DNA from: Candidatus Bathyarchaeia archaeon
GTDB lineage: Archaea; Thermoproteota; Bathyarchaeia; Bathyarchaeales; Bathycorpusculaceae
Length of the DNA: 64,000 bases
NCBI GenBank assembly: GCA_038882655.1
Contig: JAVZNT010000002.1
Coordinates: 98,790-162,789 of the forward strand
Reading direction: 5' to 3'
A program made the position numbers and the translations under genes. The notes beneath the pieces are model-generated. The model saw only the letters and a list, made by a program, of their open reading frames with translations, searched no databases and was not told the origin of the DNA. Positions 20,543 to 29,844 of this stretch are shown piece after piece; position 1 is the first letter of the stretch; the number at the start of each line of letters is the position of its first letter.

Positions 20543-20922
20543 TACTTAGCTCCTTTCCTAACTTGTTCAACTCGCTTTATTATTTCTTTAACTAGCCCTC
20601 CAGCGTCCCCTTCTGTAACTATACAGACTGAAGCGGCGGGGACATCTATCCCAACAGCGTCGCCAAGTTTCTCTTTGCTCGGCACATAAACATAGGGAAT
20701 TTTCCTTTCTTCACAGAGAAGGGGCAAATGTGCCACAACTTCTGGTGGATCAACGTCTTCTGCTATAACCACAAGTTTTGCTTGTCCTCTTTCGATAGCT
20801 TTTGTAGTTTCATTTGTTCCTTTTCTCACGGTTCCTGTTTTTGCGGCTATTTGTAGGGCTTCATAGGCCGCATCTGCAACTTCTTTTGGAACCTCAAATT
20901 TTACGTAGAATGGTTTGGACAT
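20542..20922 (-). CDS. rpl7ae: 50S ribosomal protein L7Ae
   Basis: [34 protein letters not shown]. Confidence 0.97.
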   Translation of the reverse strand: MSKPFYVKFEVPKEVADAAYEALQIAAKTGTVRKGTNETTKAIERGQAKLVVIAEDVDPPEVVAHLPLLCEERKIPYVYVPSKEKLGDAVGIDVPAASVCIVTEGDAGGLVKEIIKRVEQVRKGAK

Positions 20923-21086
20923 AAGCCTCACCCTCACCCTTCAAATGCACAGTTTAATCAACAACACCTATTTATGAATGTTTCGACTAAACCGGCGAAA
21001 ATTCTTCTATACGCAAGGTAACGTAGAAAGGTTTAAATAACATGTTACGTTTGAACCTTTCTGTTTTTCGAGGGGAATATAAAAGG

Positions 21087-21335
21087 TTGATTAGGCTGGG
21101 TCGAGCACTCCATATAAGTTCAAGTAAAAATGTTATAGTAAAGGTTGAGAACACTCCAAAAATAGGCGAGATCGTGGTTGATGAAAATTTAAAAGATGTT
21201 GGCGAAGTCTTTGATATTTTTGGTCCGGTTTCCTCGCCATATGTGGCTGTGAAAACAAAAGTTGCTAAGCCCGAAGTTCTGGTTAACAAAGTGCTGTATG
21301 TTCTCCCCTCGAAAAAGGGAAAGGAGAGAAAGTAG
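21087..21335 (+). CDS. gar1: H/ACA RNP protein Gar1/Naf1 family
   Basis: VGEVFDIFGPVSSPYVAV; usual position upstream of tfb; TTG start at 21087 inferred. Confidence 0.9.
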   Translation: MIRLGRALHISSSKNVIVKVENTPKIGEIVVDENLKDVGEVFDIFGPVSSPYVAVKTKVAKPEVLVNKVLYVLPSKKGKERK

Positions 21336-22295
21336 ATGGATGATGCGGATGTTGGGGATTCAAGCCCAACATCAACTGCTCAGCAGGCTAAAGTGCAGTC
21401 GTGCCCTGAGTGTGGCAGCACAAGATTGATGCGGGATTATGAATGTGCAGAACTTGTCTGCATGGATTGTGGCTACGTCATAGCCGCAAAAATAGCTGAT
21501 AGAGGGCCCGAATGGCGTGCGTTTGACGACGAACAACGAGCAAAAAGAACTAGGGTTGGAGCCCCATTAACTTACACGATTCATGATAAAGGCTTATCAA
21601 CAATGATTGACTGGCATGACAGAGACATTTATGGGAAAGGCTTATCCCCAGGACAAAAAGCTCAAGTTTATCGCCTTAGGAAATGGCAACGGCGTATAAG
21701 GGTTTCAGATGCTACTGAACGCAACCTAGCCTTTGCATTGTCTGAAATAACAAAAATAGCCAACAACTTAAATCTTCCAAAGAACATTTTAGAAACAGCA
21801 TCCCTAATTTATAGAAAAGCTGTTAAAGAAAGGCTCATAAGAGGTAGGTCGATTCAAGGGGTTACGTCAGCAGCGATTTATTTGGCTTGTAGGCAGTGTG
21901 GCTTGCCCAGAACTTTAGAAGAGATAGCCCAAGCATCAAGTGTGAACAAAAAAGAGGTGGGACGCAGTTACCGCTTCTTGATAAAGGAATTAAACTATTT
22001 CATTCCACCCCTAAAACCAAGCCAATATATAACTAAATTCTCAAATCAGCTGACAATGCAAGGCAAAGTTGAGGAAATAGCTCACAAAATTTTGGCAGCA
22101 GCAAAAGAGCTAAAACTCACATCTGGGCGAGGCCCAACTGGCATTGCGGCAGCCGCGAGCTACATAGCTTCAGTGCTTACCGGAGAAAGGAAAACCCAGA
22201 GAGAGATTGCTGAAATAGCCCAGGTGACGGAAGTTACGATTAGGAACCGTTATAAAGAACTTGTTGAGCGATTAATGTTTCAAATGAGCCTCTAA
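21336..22295 (+). CDS. tfb: Transcription initiation factor IIB
   Basis: Zn ribbon CPEC/CMDC, GPEWRAF, two cyclin repeats, [12 protein letters not shown]. Confidence 0.98.
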   Translation: MDDADVGDSSPTSTAQQAKVQSCPECGSTRLMRDYECAELVCMDCGYVIAAKIADRGPEWRAFDDEQRAKRTRVGAPLTYTIHDKGLSTMIDWHDRDIYGKGLSPGQKAQVYRLRKWQRRIRVSDATERNLAFALSEITKIANNLNLPKNILETASLIYRKAVKERLIRGRSIQGVTSAAIYLACRQCGLPRTLEEIAQASSVNKKEVGRSYRFLIKELNYFIPPLKPSQYITKFSNQLTMQGKVEEIAHKILAAAKELKLTSGRGPTGIAAAASYIASVLTGERKTQREIAEIAQVTEVTIRNRYKELVERLMFQMSL

Positions 22296-22309
22296 GTGTC
22301 TAAAGAACG

Positions 22310-22612
22310 TTAGAAAAGCTCCTCCTCTTCTTGTTGGCAACATCCCTCCTCAACTTCCTCTTTTTCCACCTCGCCGCCCATAATTTTTGGAACAGTTCCG
22401 CTTAGCTCTTCTAGGATGTCTTCTGGGATTTTATTCATTAAACTCTTAATTTCTTCCTTAAGCTTGTTAACCTCTACCTCTAAGGTCTTGGCTCTTTCGC
22501 TTAACTCCAAAACCTCCTTGAGCTTATCCCTCTCCTCTAAAAGTGCACGCCTCTCCTCCTCTAATGCCCTAATTTTATCCTCCAACTTTGCTTTCGTTTC
22601 GGCAACTCGCAT
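22310..22612 (-). CDS. Hypothetical coiled-coil protein with acidic tail
   Basis: Heptad-rich; GGTGGTG SD before ATG 22612; ends EEGCCQQEEEELF. Confidence 0.65.
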   Translation of the reverse strand: MRVAETKAKLEDKIRALEEERRALLEERDKLKEVLELSERAKTLEVEVNKLKEEIKSLMNKIPEDILEELSGTVPKIMGGEVEKEEVEEGCCQQEEEELF

Positions 22613-22715
22613 TTTACACCACCAATTTAATGCATTAATGTCTCTGCAGATTAATAATTTGCTACAAAACACATTTTAGTCTCTTAGAGGCAATTCTTAT
22701 AATAGGGGTTATAGT

Positions 22716-23132
22716 TTGGTTAAGTGTCCGAAATGCGGAGGAGGGGTTGTTGCCCCCATTAAGACATGGACTATTTCTCCGCGAAAACCAGTAGAAGGTG
22801 CACCAAAGCTCATGGGAATTTTTGAGTGCCCCAGTTGCAAGGCTAGGTTCAGAGCAGTTATCGAATCTGACGCGAGGGTTGAAGAGACAGTAAGTATTAA
22901 AAACATGGTTGAAAGAATTAAAGTCATTAAGGGTGAACTTATGCAAACCTTGAAAAACTTGCGGGAGAAAATAAAAACTTTGGAAACTGAACGCGCAAAC
23001 CTCATGATCGAAATTGAAAAATTGAAGAAGGCAGCAGAGTCGAGAGTTAGCGCGCTTGAAAGCGAAGTGAACATGTTGCGAGAGGAAGTAAAATCCTTAA
23101 GAGAACTTCTCGGCTACACGGAGGAGAAGTAA
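22716..23132 (+). CDS. Cren7-like zinc-ribbon domain fused to a long coiled coil
   Basis: CPKC...PIKTWTISP...MGIFECPSCKARFR followed by about 80 aa of heptads. Confidence 0.7.
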   Translation: MVKCPKCGGGVVAPIKTWTISPRKPVEGAPKLMGIFECPSCKARFRAVIESDARVEETVSIKNMVERIKVIKGELMQTLKNLREKIKTLETERANLMIEIEKLKKAAESRVSALESEVNMLREEVKSLRELLGYTEEK

Positions 23133-23169
23133 AAATAACAGTGAATATAACGCAGCTACGCGTTACAGT

Positions 23170-23571
23170 TTAAGATTGCAAGAACTTTCTGTAATATTCC
23201 TGAGCCTTTGCCACGGCTTTTTCCGGGTTCTTCAAGATGGGATAACTTGCTTCAGGTGAGAGTTTCTCACATTTGCTGAAGTATTCGATAACTTTTTTGA
23301 CGTTTCCCTCGTAGATTGCCAGACCTCCAGCAATTTGGTACCATAGCTTCGCCCTAGTGACATCCTTTTCCTTTTCAAATTTCTTAGCATTTTCTACTGC
23401 TTCTTCCATGGAGATGCTGACTTTTCTCGGATCAAGAAACATTACATTAAACAAAGCTTCATATGTTTCTTTATCACTTCCGCACAGTTTCTCAAGTTCA
23501 GTTATCCGTCTAGCTTCAACAGTTGCAGTTTTTGCTCCCTCTTTCTTTTTCCTTCTAAATATGCCTAGCAC
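23170..23571 (-). CDS. Hypothetical helical protein
   Basis: Clean ORF with GGAGG SD; TPR-like helical character. Confidence 0.7.
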   Translation of the reverse strand: MLGIFRRKKKEGAKTATVEARRITELEKLCGSDKETYEALFNVMFLDPRKVSISMEEAVENAKKFEKEKDVTRAKLWYQIAGGLAIYEGNVKKVIEYFSKCEKLSPEASYPILKNPEKAVAKAQEYYRKFLQS

Positions 23572-23633
23572 CCATAATCTTCCTCCTTTAACTCTCCTCT
23601 ACTAAGTTCTACGATTGATTACGCATTTATGCA

Positions 23634-24287
23634 ATGATTAACTTTAAAGGTTTGCCCGCGTATATGTGCTTTATGCCATACAAGTTCACATTCGACCTTT
23701 CAAAAGTTCCAAAGTTCTTCTTCACCGAAGTGGCCAAAATTGTTTATAAAAAAAGAGTGCATAAAAGGGTTGGACATGCTTTACAAGATATTATCAAGAG
23801 GTTCAGGATCGATGAGGCAACAGGCTTAAGCTTTTCTGACGCTGTTCTGCTTTTGGAAGATTTTGTTGATATGGAAGTTAGAAATTTTTTAGAGAAGGAG
23901 CGGTTTAAGAAGACGAAAAGAAGGGCTCTGTTTTTGCCTCATTGTTCTAGGAAGTATATGGACAATAGGTGCAAGGCTAAGTTTGACCCGAATATTCCAT
24001 CATACATTTGTGCCCACTGCTCTTTTAACTGCTTGATTAGCAGAGCGGTTTCAATAGCCGAAGGGAAGGGGTATGATGTTTACGTCATACCCGGCGGCTC
24101 ATGCATTTACAAAATTTTGAAGCTTAAGCGTTATGATGGTGTTGTGGGAGTCGCGTGCGGTGAAGAGGTGAAGTTGGCTGGTGAGGCATTATCTAGGGTT
24201 GATGTTGCTGGTCAAGCTGTTCCTCTGCTTAGAAATGGTTGTGCTAACACATTTTTTGACATTGAGACTTTAGTGCAAATTCTTTAA
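23634..24287 (+). CDS. DUF116 family protein
   Basis: LFLPHCSR, CAHC...C, IPGGS, GVACGEE, PLLRNGC. Confidence 0.88.
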   Translation: MINFKGLPAYMCFMPYKFTFDLSKVPKFFFTEVAKIVYKKRVHKRVGHALQDIIKRFRIDEATGLSFSDAVLLLEDFVDMEVRNFLEKERFKKTKRRALFLPHCSRKYMDNRCKAKFDPNIPSYICAHCSFNCLISRAVSIAEGKGYDVYVIPGGSCIYKILKLKRYDGVVGVACGEEVKLAGEALSRVDVAGQAVPLLRNGCANTFFDIETLVQIL

Positions 24288-24330
24288 AGAGAAAAATAGG
24301 GCGTTACTTAATTGATGAGGAAAATTTGCT

Positions 24331-24387
24331 TTACTTCTTTTCCGCTTTGGCCTTTTTCTTAGCTGTTTTCTTCTTGCACGCTAACAA
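24331..24387 (-). CDS. Putative 18-aa Lys/Ala-rich micropeptide (MLACKKKTAKKKAKAEKK)
   Basis: TTG start preceded by GAGGTG SD (24392-24397), TAA stop; not in the ORF track. Confidence 0.45.
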   Translation of the reverse strand: MLACKKKTAKKKAKAEKK

Positions 24388-24498
24388 CTTACACCTCAAA
24401 ACTGACGAAAATAAAGATAAGTTTTTGATATCATATAATTTTTACCATCTTTTTCCTGCAAATTATATAGAATTGCTAGGAAATTGTAAAATTAAATG

Positions 24499-24660
24499 TT
24501 ACTTGACTATTTCCCGTTTTTTCCATCGAAGGTTTTTGCTGCGGCATTTACGACATTTAACCGCTGTTGTGGCATTTCGTGCACCACATTCTCTGCAAAT
24601 TTTCACGTAAAGCCTACGCTGCTGAGCCAATGATTTTTTAAATGGATCCATTATTGGCAT
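24499..24660 (-). CDS. rpl40e: 50S ribosomal protein L40e
   Basis: Manual translation MPIMDPFKKSLAQQRRLYVKICRECGARNATTAVKCRKCRSKNLRWKKREIVK; below the ORF track cutoff. Confidence 0.95.
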   Translation of the reverse strand: MPIMDPFKKSLAQQRRLYVKICRECGARNATTAVKCRKCRSKNLRWKKREIVK

Positions 24661-24739
24661 TTTGCTTCAACTCGTTTTCTTTTGGCTACACCAAACAGAA
24701 TACGCATATAAATATACTTTTTGCCTCTTTATGCTAAAT

Positions 24740-25615
24740 CTAACGCCTTACCAGTTTTTCTAACAGTGTGGCGACGTCGCTGGGCTTTTCAGCCACCTCC
24801 ACACCAGCTTCTCGGAAGGCTTCTATTTTGCTTTGAGCCGTTCCAGCCTTGCCCAGTATTATTGCACCTGCGTGTCCCATACGTTTTCCAGGAGGAGCTG
24901 AGCGACCAACTACGAAAGCTACAATCGGTTTTGGATATTTTTCTTTGACTATGTATTCTGCAGCGAGTTCTTCAAAGTTTCCCCCGATTTCTCCTATAAG
25001 GGCTATGCCTTCAGTTTGATCGTCTCTTTCAAAAAGTTTTAGAACATCTATGAAGTTCAACCCAACTATTGGGTCTCCGCCTAAGCCTATGCATGTAGAT
25101 TGCCCCATTTGCTTTTTAGTTAATCCAGCAGCTATTTCGTATGTTAGTGTCCCGCTTCTTGAGACCATGCCTATGCTTCCGGGCTTGAAAATGTGAGCTG
25201 GCATTATGCCAAGTTTACATTCTCCGGGCGTTATTATTCCAGGGGTGTTTGGTCCTATTATTGTGGCATTGAGTTGTTTGGCATATGCCATAACATTGAC
25301 GGCGTCTTTTATTGGGATATGCTCAGTGATTATGACAACTGTTTTTATTCCGTTTTCTAAGGCTTCTAGTGCTGCGTCTGCTGCGAATGGCGCTGGGACA
25401 AATATTATGGAGGCATTAGCGTGGTGGTTTTCTAGGGCTCCCTCAATGGTGTCATATACAGGGACGCCGTGGACTTTCGTTCCGCCTTTGCCCGGTGTTA
25501 CACCCGCAACTATTTGTGTTCCGTATTCCAGCATGAGTTTTGTGTGGAAACTTCCCTGCGCCCCGGTTATGCCTTGAACTATGGCCTTAGTATTTTTATC
25601 TACTATTATCCCCAT
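24740..25615 (-). CDS. sucD: Succinyl-CoA ligase alpha subunit
   Basis: [32 protein letters not shown] (phospho-His). Confidence 0.94.
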   Translation of the reverse strand: MGIIVDKNTKAIVQGITGAQGSFHTKLMLEYGTQIVAGVTPGKGGTKVHGVPVYDTIEGALENHHANASIIFVPAPFAADAALEALENGIKTVVIITEHIPIKDAVNVMAYAKQLNATIIGPNTPGIITPGECKLGIMPAHIFKPGSIGMVSRSGTLTYEIAAGLTKKQMGQSTCIGLGGDPIVGLNFIDVLKLFERDDQTEGIALIGEIGGNFEELAAEYIVKEKYPKPIVAFVVGRSAPPGKRMGHAGAIILGKAGTAQSKIEAFREAGVEVAEKPSDVATLLEKLVRR

Positions 25616-25621
25616 TCACGC

Positions 25622-26770
25622 TCACGCTCCGTTTTTGACGATTTCCACTACGCGCTTTGCTGCCTCTTCCATGCTTTCCAGTACATGTATTCCAGCTTCA
25701 GTCAGTATTCGTTTTCCTTCCTCCTCGTTTGTCCCCACTAGCCGTATGACAAAGGGCTTTTCTATGCCAAGTTTTTCCTTCGCCGCCAAAACGCCTCTTG
25801 CAACTTCGTCGCAGCGGGTTATCCCGCCTAAAATATTTATGAATAAGGCTTTAACATTTGGATCTGAAAACACAATCTTTAGGGCAGCCGCAATTTTTTC
25901 TGATGGGGCACCGCCGCCTACGTCTAGAAAGTTGGCTGGTTTTCCACCATAAAGTTGTATGGCGTCTAATGTTGCCATTACCAAGCCGGCGCCGTTGCCT
26001 ATAACGCCTATGTCTCCTTCAAGTTTTACATAAGCCAGGTCATTTTTTGCAGCTTCAATTTCTTGTAGAGAGAGTTCACCTTCCAATGTTCTTTCTTTAA
26101 ATTCTGAGTGGCGGAAAAGGGCATTGTCATCGATTATTATGCGAGTGTCAACAGCAACAAAATTTCCATCTGAAGTTTCAACGAGAGGGTTCATTTCAAT
26201 AAGTTCAGCGTCATAATCCATGCCAGCTCTGTATAGGTTATGGAAGATGTTTCCAAGCAGTGAAAGCTGGTTTCCAGAGTATTCCATGTGTCTTGCTATT
26301 TGTCTAGCGTGGTGTGGTCTAAAACCATATTGTGGGTTTATGTGGAACCTTGTGACTTTTTCTGGGGTTTTTGCGGCAACCTCTTCTATTTCCATTCCGC
26401 CTTCCGAGGAGGCTATTACAACATAGCTTTTTGAAAACCTGTCAATAGTTATGCCGAAATATAGCTCTTTTTTGGCTTGTATTTTCTCTTCAATCCAGAC
26501 GCTTCGGACAGACATCCCTTTAATTTGCATGCCTAGCAGTTTCTCCGTAGCCTCTTCTACTTCCGCTATAGAGTCTGCGAAGAGTATTCCTCCAGCTTTC
26601 CCTCTTCCTGCAACTGGAACTTGCGCCTTTATAACCAATGGCAGGTTAAGCCTTGAGGCTATTTCTCGAGCTTGCGTTGTGTTTGTGGCTAGTTCTCCTT
26701 TAGGTGTTGGAACGCCATATTTTGAAAGTATCCTTTTTGCCTCATACTCAAGGAGTTTCATTTTAAACAT
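25622..26770 (-). CDS. sucC: Succinyl-CoA ligase beta subunit
   Basis: KAQV..GRGKAGG, EMNPL, GNGAGLVMATLD, ANFLDVGGG, GGITRCD. Confidence 0.94.
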   Translation of the reverse strand: MFKMKLLEYEAKRILSKYGVPTPKGELATNTTQAREIASRLNLPLVIKAQVPVAGRGKAGGILFADSIAEVEEATEKLLGMQIKGMSVRSVWIEEKIQAKKELYFGITIDRFSKSYVVIASSEGGMEIEEVAAKTPEKVTRFHINPQYGFRPHHARQIARHMEYSGNQLSLLGNIFHNLYRAGMDYDAELIEMNPLVETSDGNFVAVDTRIIIDDNALFRHSEFKERTLEGELSLQEIEAAKNDLAYVKLEGDIGVIGNGAGLVMATLDAIQLYGGKPANFLDVGGGAPSEKIAAALKIVFSDPNVKALFINILGGITRCDEVARGVLAAKEKLGIEKPFVIRLVGTNEEEGKRILTEAGIHVLESMEEAAKRVVEIVKNGA

Positions 26771-26782
26771 CCCATTTTACGT

Positions 26783-27241
26783 CTATTTTATGGATTCTAT
26801 CGCAACGTAGGACTTAGTATCTTTTATGCCTTCGATTGCGGAAAGTTTCCTTAAAACCTCGTGGAGCTTATCCCTCTCAACGATTAGCACAGCGTCAATG
26901 TCGCCTGCAACCCTGAAAGCCTTTTGCACGAATATTTCTCTGATTTTTCCGTAGACTTCGCCTCTTTTGGGCGGGTAAACCTTAATGAATATGAAAGCTG
27001 GTGTTAATGATGCACCTAGGGCGTTTAACCCTTTTTCCGTTACGTCTATGAACCCTCTACCTGTTCTTATGTAGTTTAGGTCTCTGAGCTTTTTTAAATG
27101 AAGGTTTAGTGCTTGTCTGCTTATGCCTAATTCTTTTGCTAGGTCGCTTTGCCTTGCGTGTAAAGTGTATGTGCTCGTTGATTTCCCTCTTTCGTATAGC
27201 ATTCGGAGCAGTTGAATTGAACGCCTTGTTAGTGTTTCCAA
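26783..27241 (-). CDS. Lrp/AsnC-like transcriptional regulator
   Basis: QSDLAKELGISRQAL HTH with RAM-like C-terminal domain (VAGDID). Confidence 0.82.
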   Translation of the reverse strand: METLTRRSIQLLRMLYERGKSTSTYTLHARQSDLAKELGISRQALNLHLKKLRDLNYIRTGRGFIDVTEKGLNALGASLTPAFIFIKVYPPKRGEVYGKIREIFVQKAFRVAGDIDAVLIVERDKLHEVLRKLSAIEGIKDTKSYVAIESIK

Positions 27242-27448
27242 GGTTTTAACGCTTCTCGGAATTTGGATGTTGAGAGTTTACAATAGTATGGATTATTTAA
27301 GCATTTAGCAAGTTTTAACGCGTTTGAAACTTTAATGTAAAGGATTGTAAAGCCGCGGTAGAAGTTAAAACCGTAATGTATTTATTTATGGATAAAAATG
27401 GTTAAGGAGCCATAGAAAAAGTGGAAATAAGGAGTGAGGCGGTCCAAA

Positions 27449-27727
27449 ATGTCTGAAAGCAACTCAGTGTTGATCGGGAAGAAGCCAGTAATGAACTATG
27501 TACTGGCTTGCATAACCCTCTTCCACGGCGGAGCAAAAGAAGTAAATATTAAGGCAAGAGGGAGAGCCATAAGTCGTGCCGTCGACGTCGTTGAGGTCGT
27601 TAGGCGCCGATTCCTACCAGACGTTAAAGTTAAGAAAGTAGGTATCGGAACTGAGCAGGTGGCACCCAGAGAAGAGGGTGGCACGCCTACAAACGTCAGC
27701 ACCATCGAGATAACACTGGAACGCTGA
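27449..27727 (+). CDS. albA: DNA/RNA-binding protein Alba
   Basis: [31 protein letters not shown]. Confidence 0.97.
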   Translation: MSESNSVLIGKKPVMNYVLACITLFHGGAKEVNIKARGRAISRAVDVVEVVRRRFLPDVKVKKVGIGTEQVAPREEGGTPTNVSTIEITLER

Positions 27728-27794
27728 AGTACTTCCGAGTAAAATTTCAAAGCTCCGCCGCCCCTCCTTTATTTGTTGGAGGGCATCCTTTCAA

Positions 27795-28304
27795 GTGAAG
27801 ACAGTGTTGTGTAGTTTCTGTTTGAAAAGTGGAATCTTGTGCCAAAAATGTTCGGAGAAGGTTAAATCTGGCGAAGTTTCAGAGCTTGATTTGAAAATTG
27901 CCCGTTTACTCCTTTCATTGGAGGAAACTTATCCTTCACTTCAGAACGTTTATTTTTATAAGGCTGTGGATGCTGGAAAAACTTTAGCCATTCTTGTTGG
28001 GAAGGGGGATGTCCCTCGTCTTCTTGGGTATGGTGGGAAAATAATTAAAGCGTTAGGGGAGAAAACTGGCAAGTCTATACGGGTTTTGGAGTATGGTGTT
28101 GACGATAGAAAGTTTTTGGAGGATTTGTTTGCACCTTTAAGCATAGTTACCATAAACACCATTTGGCTTCCAGACGGAACAACTGAAACGCGTGTTATTT
28201 TGAGGAAGAGAGGTGGAAGGCAGCCACCCTTCGATGTAAAGGCTTTAAAGGAGATTGCCCGTAAAGTTCGCAACATGACGTTACGCGTGGAGTTTACAGA
28301 CTAG
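27795..28304 (+). CDS. NusA-like KH domain protein with N-terminal Cys cluster
   Basis: CSFC...CQKC, GYGGKIIKAL KH motif, VTINTIWLPDG. Confidence 0.85.
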   Translation: MKTVLCSFCLKSGILCQKCSEKVKSGEVSELDLKIARLLLSLEETYPSLQNVYFYKAVDAGKTLAILVGKGDVPRLLGYGGKIIKALGEKTGKSIRVLEYGVDDRKFLEDLFAPLSIVTINTIWLPDGTTETRVILRKRGGRQPPFDVKALKEIARKVRNMTLRVEFTD

Positions 28305-28317
28305 CGGACGTGAACAA

Positions 28318-29637
28318 ATGAAACTGGACCCTATTGGGGACTGGCGGAGAACCCATTACTCTGTTGAGGTTCGACCGGAGCTTGACGGGCAAGAGGTCAC
28401 TCTTTTCGGTTGGGTTCAAGAAATTCGGGATTTAGGCGGAATTCGCTTCATAATATTGCAAGACCGTGAAGGAACTGTGCAGATAACCATTCCACGGAAG
28501 AAGGTTAGCCGCGAAGTTTTATCGAAGTCTGACGCCTTGCAGAGGAGATATAGCATAGGCGTGAAAGGAATTGTAAAGAAAACAGAAATTACGCCAAGAG
28601 GGGTCGAAGTAATACCGAAAGAAATTAAGATTTTCAGCACAGCCGCATCTCAGCTGCCAATAGACATCGCTGGAAAAGTACCTGCGCAGTTGGAGGTTCG
28701 GCTTGGCGCCCGCGCATTAGACCTTTGCCGTGAAGAAAGTATAGCCATCTTCAAGATTCAGCACACAGCTGTTGAGGCAATACGCAGTTTCCTCTTTGAA
28801 AGGGGGTTTATAGAGGTTCATACTCCCCGCATTATTGCTTCAGCCACAGAGGGTGGCGCGGCACTTTTCCCCGTGGACTATTTTGAAAGAAAAGCTTTCC
28901 TTGCACAGAGCCCTCAACTTTACAAGGAACAGCTTGTCATAAGCCTTGAAAAAGTCTTTGAAATAGGTCCCTTTTTTAGGGCTGAAGAGTCCCACACGCG
29001 TCGGCATTTAAGCGAGTTTGTCTCAATAGATATTGAGCAAGCTTTTGCCTCGGCTGAAGATGTTATGCAGTTGCTGGAGCAGCTTATGCAGCACACATGC
29101 AAAGTTGTCCGTGAAAAATGCCAAAGGGAGTTGGCAACGTTAAATCATCACGTGAATGTGCCTGAAATCCCTTTTAAACGCTTGACCTACGACCAAGTAC
29201 TTGAAGACTTGAAGAGGGAAGGCGTAGAAATTCCTTGGGGTGAGGACATACCTACACCAGCCTTTAGGACATTGGGCAAGATTCACCCATACTTCTACTT
29301 TATTACGGACTGGCCGACGAGGTCTAAGGCTTTCTACATAAAGCCCAGAGAGGATAATCCGGAAATCTGTGAGGGTTTTGACCTTATGTGGCGTTGGATT
29401 GAGCTTTCTTCCGGTGGGACCAGAATAGCTTCAAAAGAGCTTCTAATAGAGCGGCTAAGGGAGAAGGGATTGAATCCGGAATTGTTCAAGCATCATTTGC
29501 AGGCTTTTGATTATGGTATGCCGCCTCATGCTGGTTGGGCTATTGGTTTGGAGAGGCTTACAATGATGTTGACGGGGAAGAAAAACATCCGCGAAGTTAC
29601 TCTTTATCCTAGAGACAAGTTTAGGCTTACACCATAA
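28318..29637 (+). CDS. aspS: Aspartyl-tRNA synthetase, probably non-discriminating
   Basis: GWVQEIRDLG, ATEGGA, LAQSPQLYK, FRAEESHTRRH, YGMPPHAGWAIGLER. Confidence 0.95.
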   Translation: MKLDPIGDWRRTHYSVEVRPELDGQEVTLFGWVQEIRDLGGIRFIILQDREGTVQITIPRKKVSREVLSKSDALQRRYSIGVKGIVKKTEITPRGVEVIPKEIKIFSTAASQLPIDIAGKVPAQLEVRLGARALDLCREESIAIFKIQHTAVEAIRSFLFERGFIEVHTPRIIASATEGGAALFPVDYFERKAFLAQSPQLYKEQLVISLEKVFEIGPFFRAEESHTRRHLSEFVSIDIEQAFASAEDVMQLLEQLMQHTCKVVREKCQRELATLNHHVNVPEIPFKRLTYDQVLEDLKREGVEIPWGEDIPTPAFRTLGKIHPYFYFITDWPTRSKAFYIKPREDNPEICEGFDLMWRWIELSSGGTRIASKELLIERLREKGLNPELFKHHLQAFDYGMPPHAGWAIGLERLTMMLTGKKNIREVTLYPRDKFRLTP

Positions 29638-29669
29638 CAATTTAGGTTGTGGAAAAAGCCTAAATTGTT
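29636..29669 (+). terminator. Hairpin immediately after the aspS stop
   Basis: Perfect 11-bp inverted repeat AACAATTTAGG / CCTAAATTGTT. Confidence 0.45.
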
Positions 29670-29844
29670 TACTCCTCTAGATTTTTCAGAAGCGCCATCG
29701 TCTGGTTGCCTTTTTAACTTTATTCTCGCCTCCCCCTCTCTAGTTTTCACCGTTTTCGGGATTTTTATGCACATTTTGGCTTTCAAGGATTTGATTTAAA
29801 TTTGTTCTAAAAGTTGATAAAGAGGCTTTCCTTTATCCCCGTAC

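Noticed and set aside
24326-24610. 94-aa plus-strand ORF
   Set aside because: Overlaps rpl40e on the opposite strand; Phe/Leu-rich sequence is the reverse of Lys-rich codons
27270-27352. TTTACAAT/ATTGTAAA and CTTTA-TAAAG palindromic pieces in the Lrp-like/alba divergent promoter
   Set aside because: Short AT-rich matches that could arise by chance; not enough support for an operator call
29604-29786. 60-aa minus-strand ORF between aspS and purF
   Set aside because: Overlaps the aspS 3' end and the hairpin; no clear SD or domain
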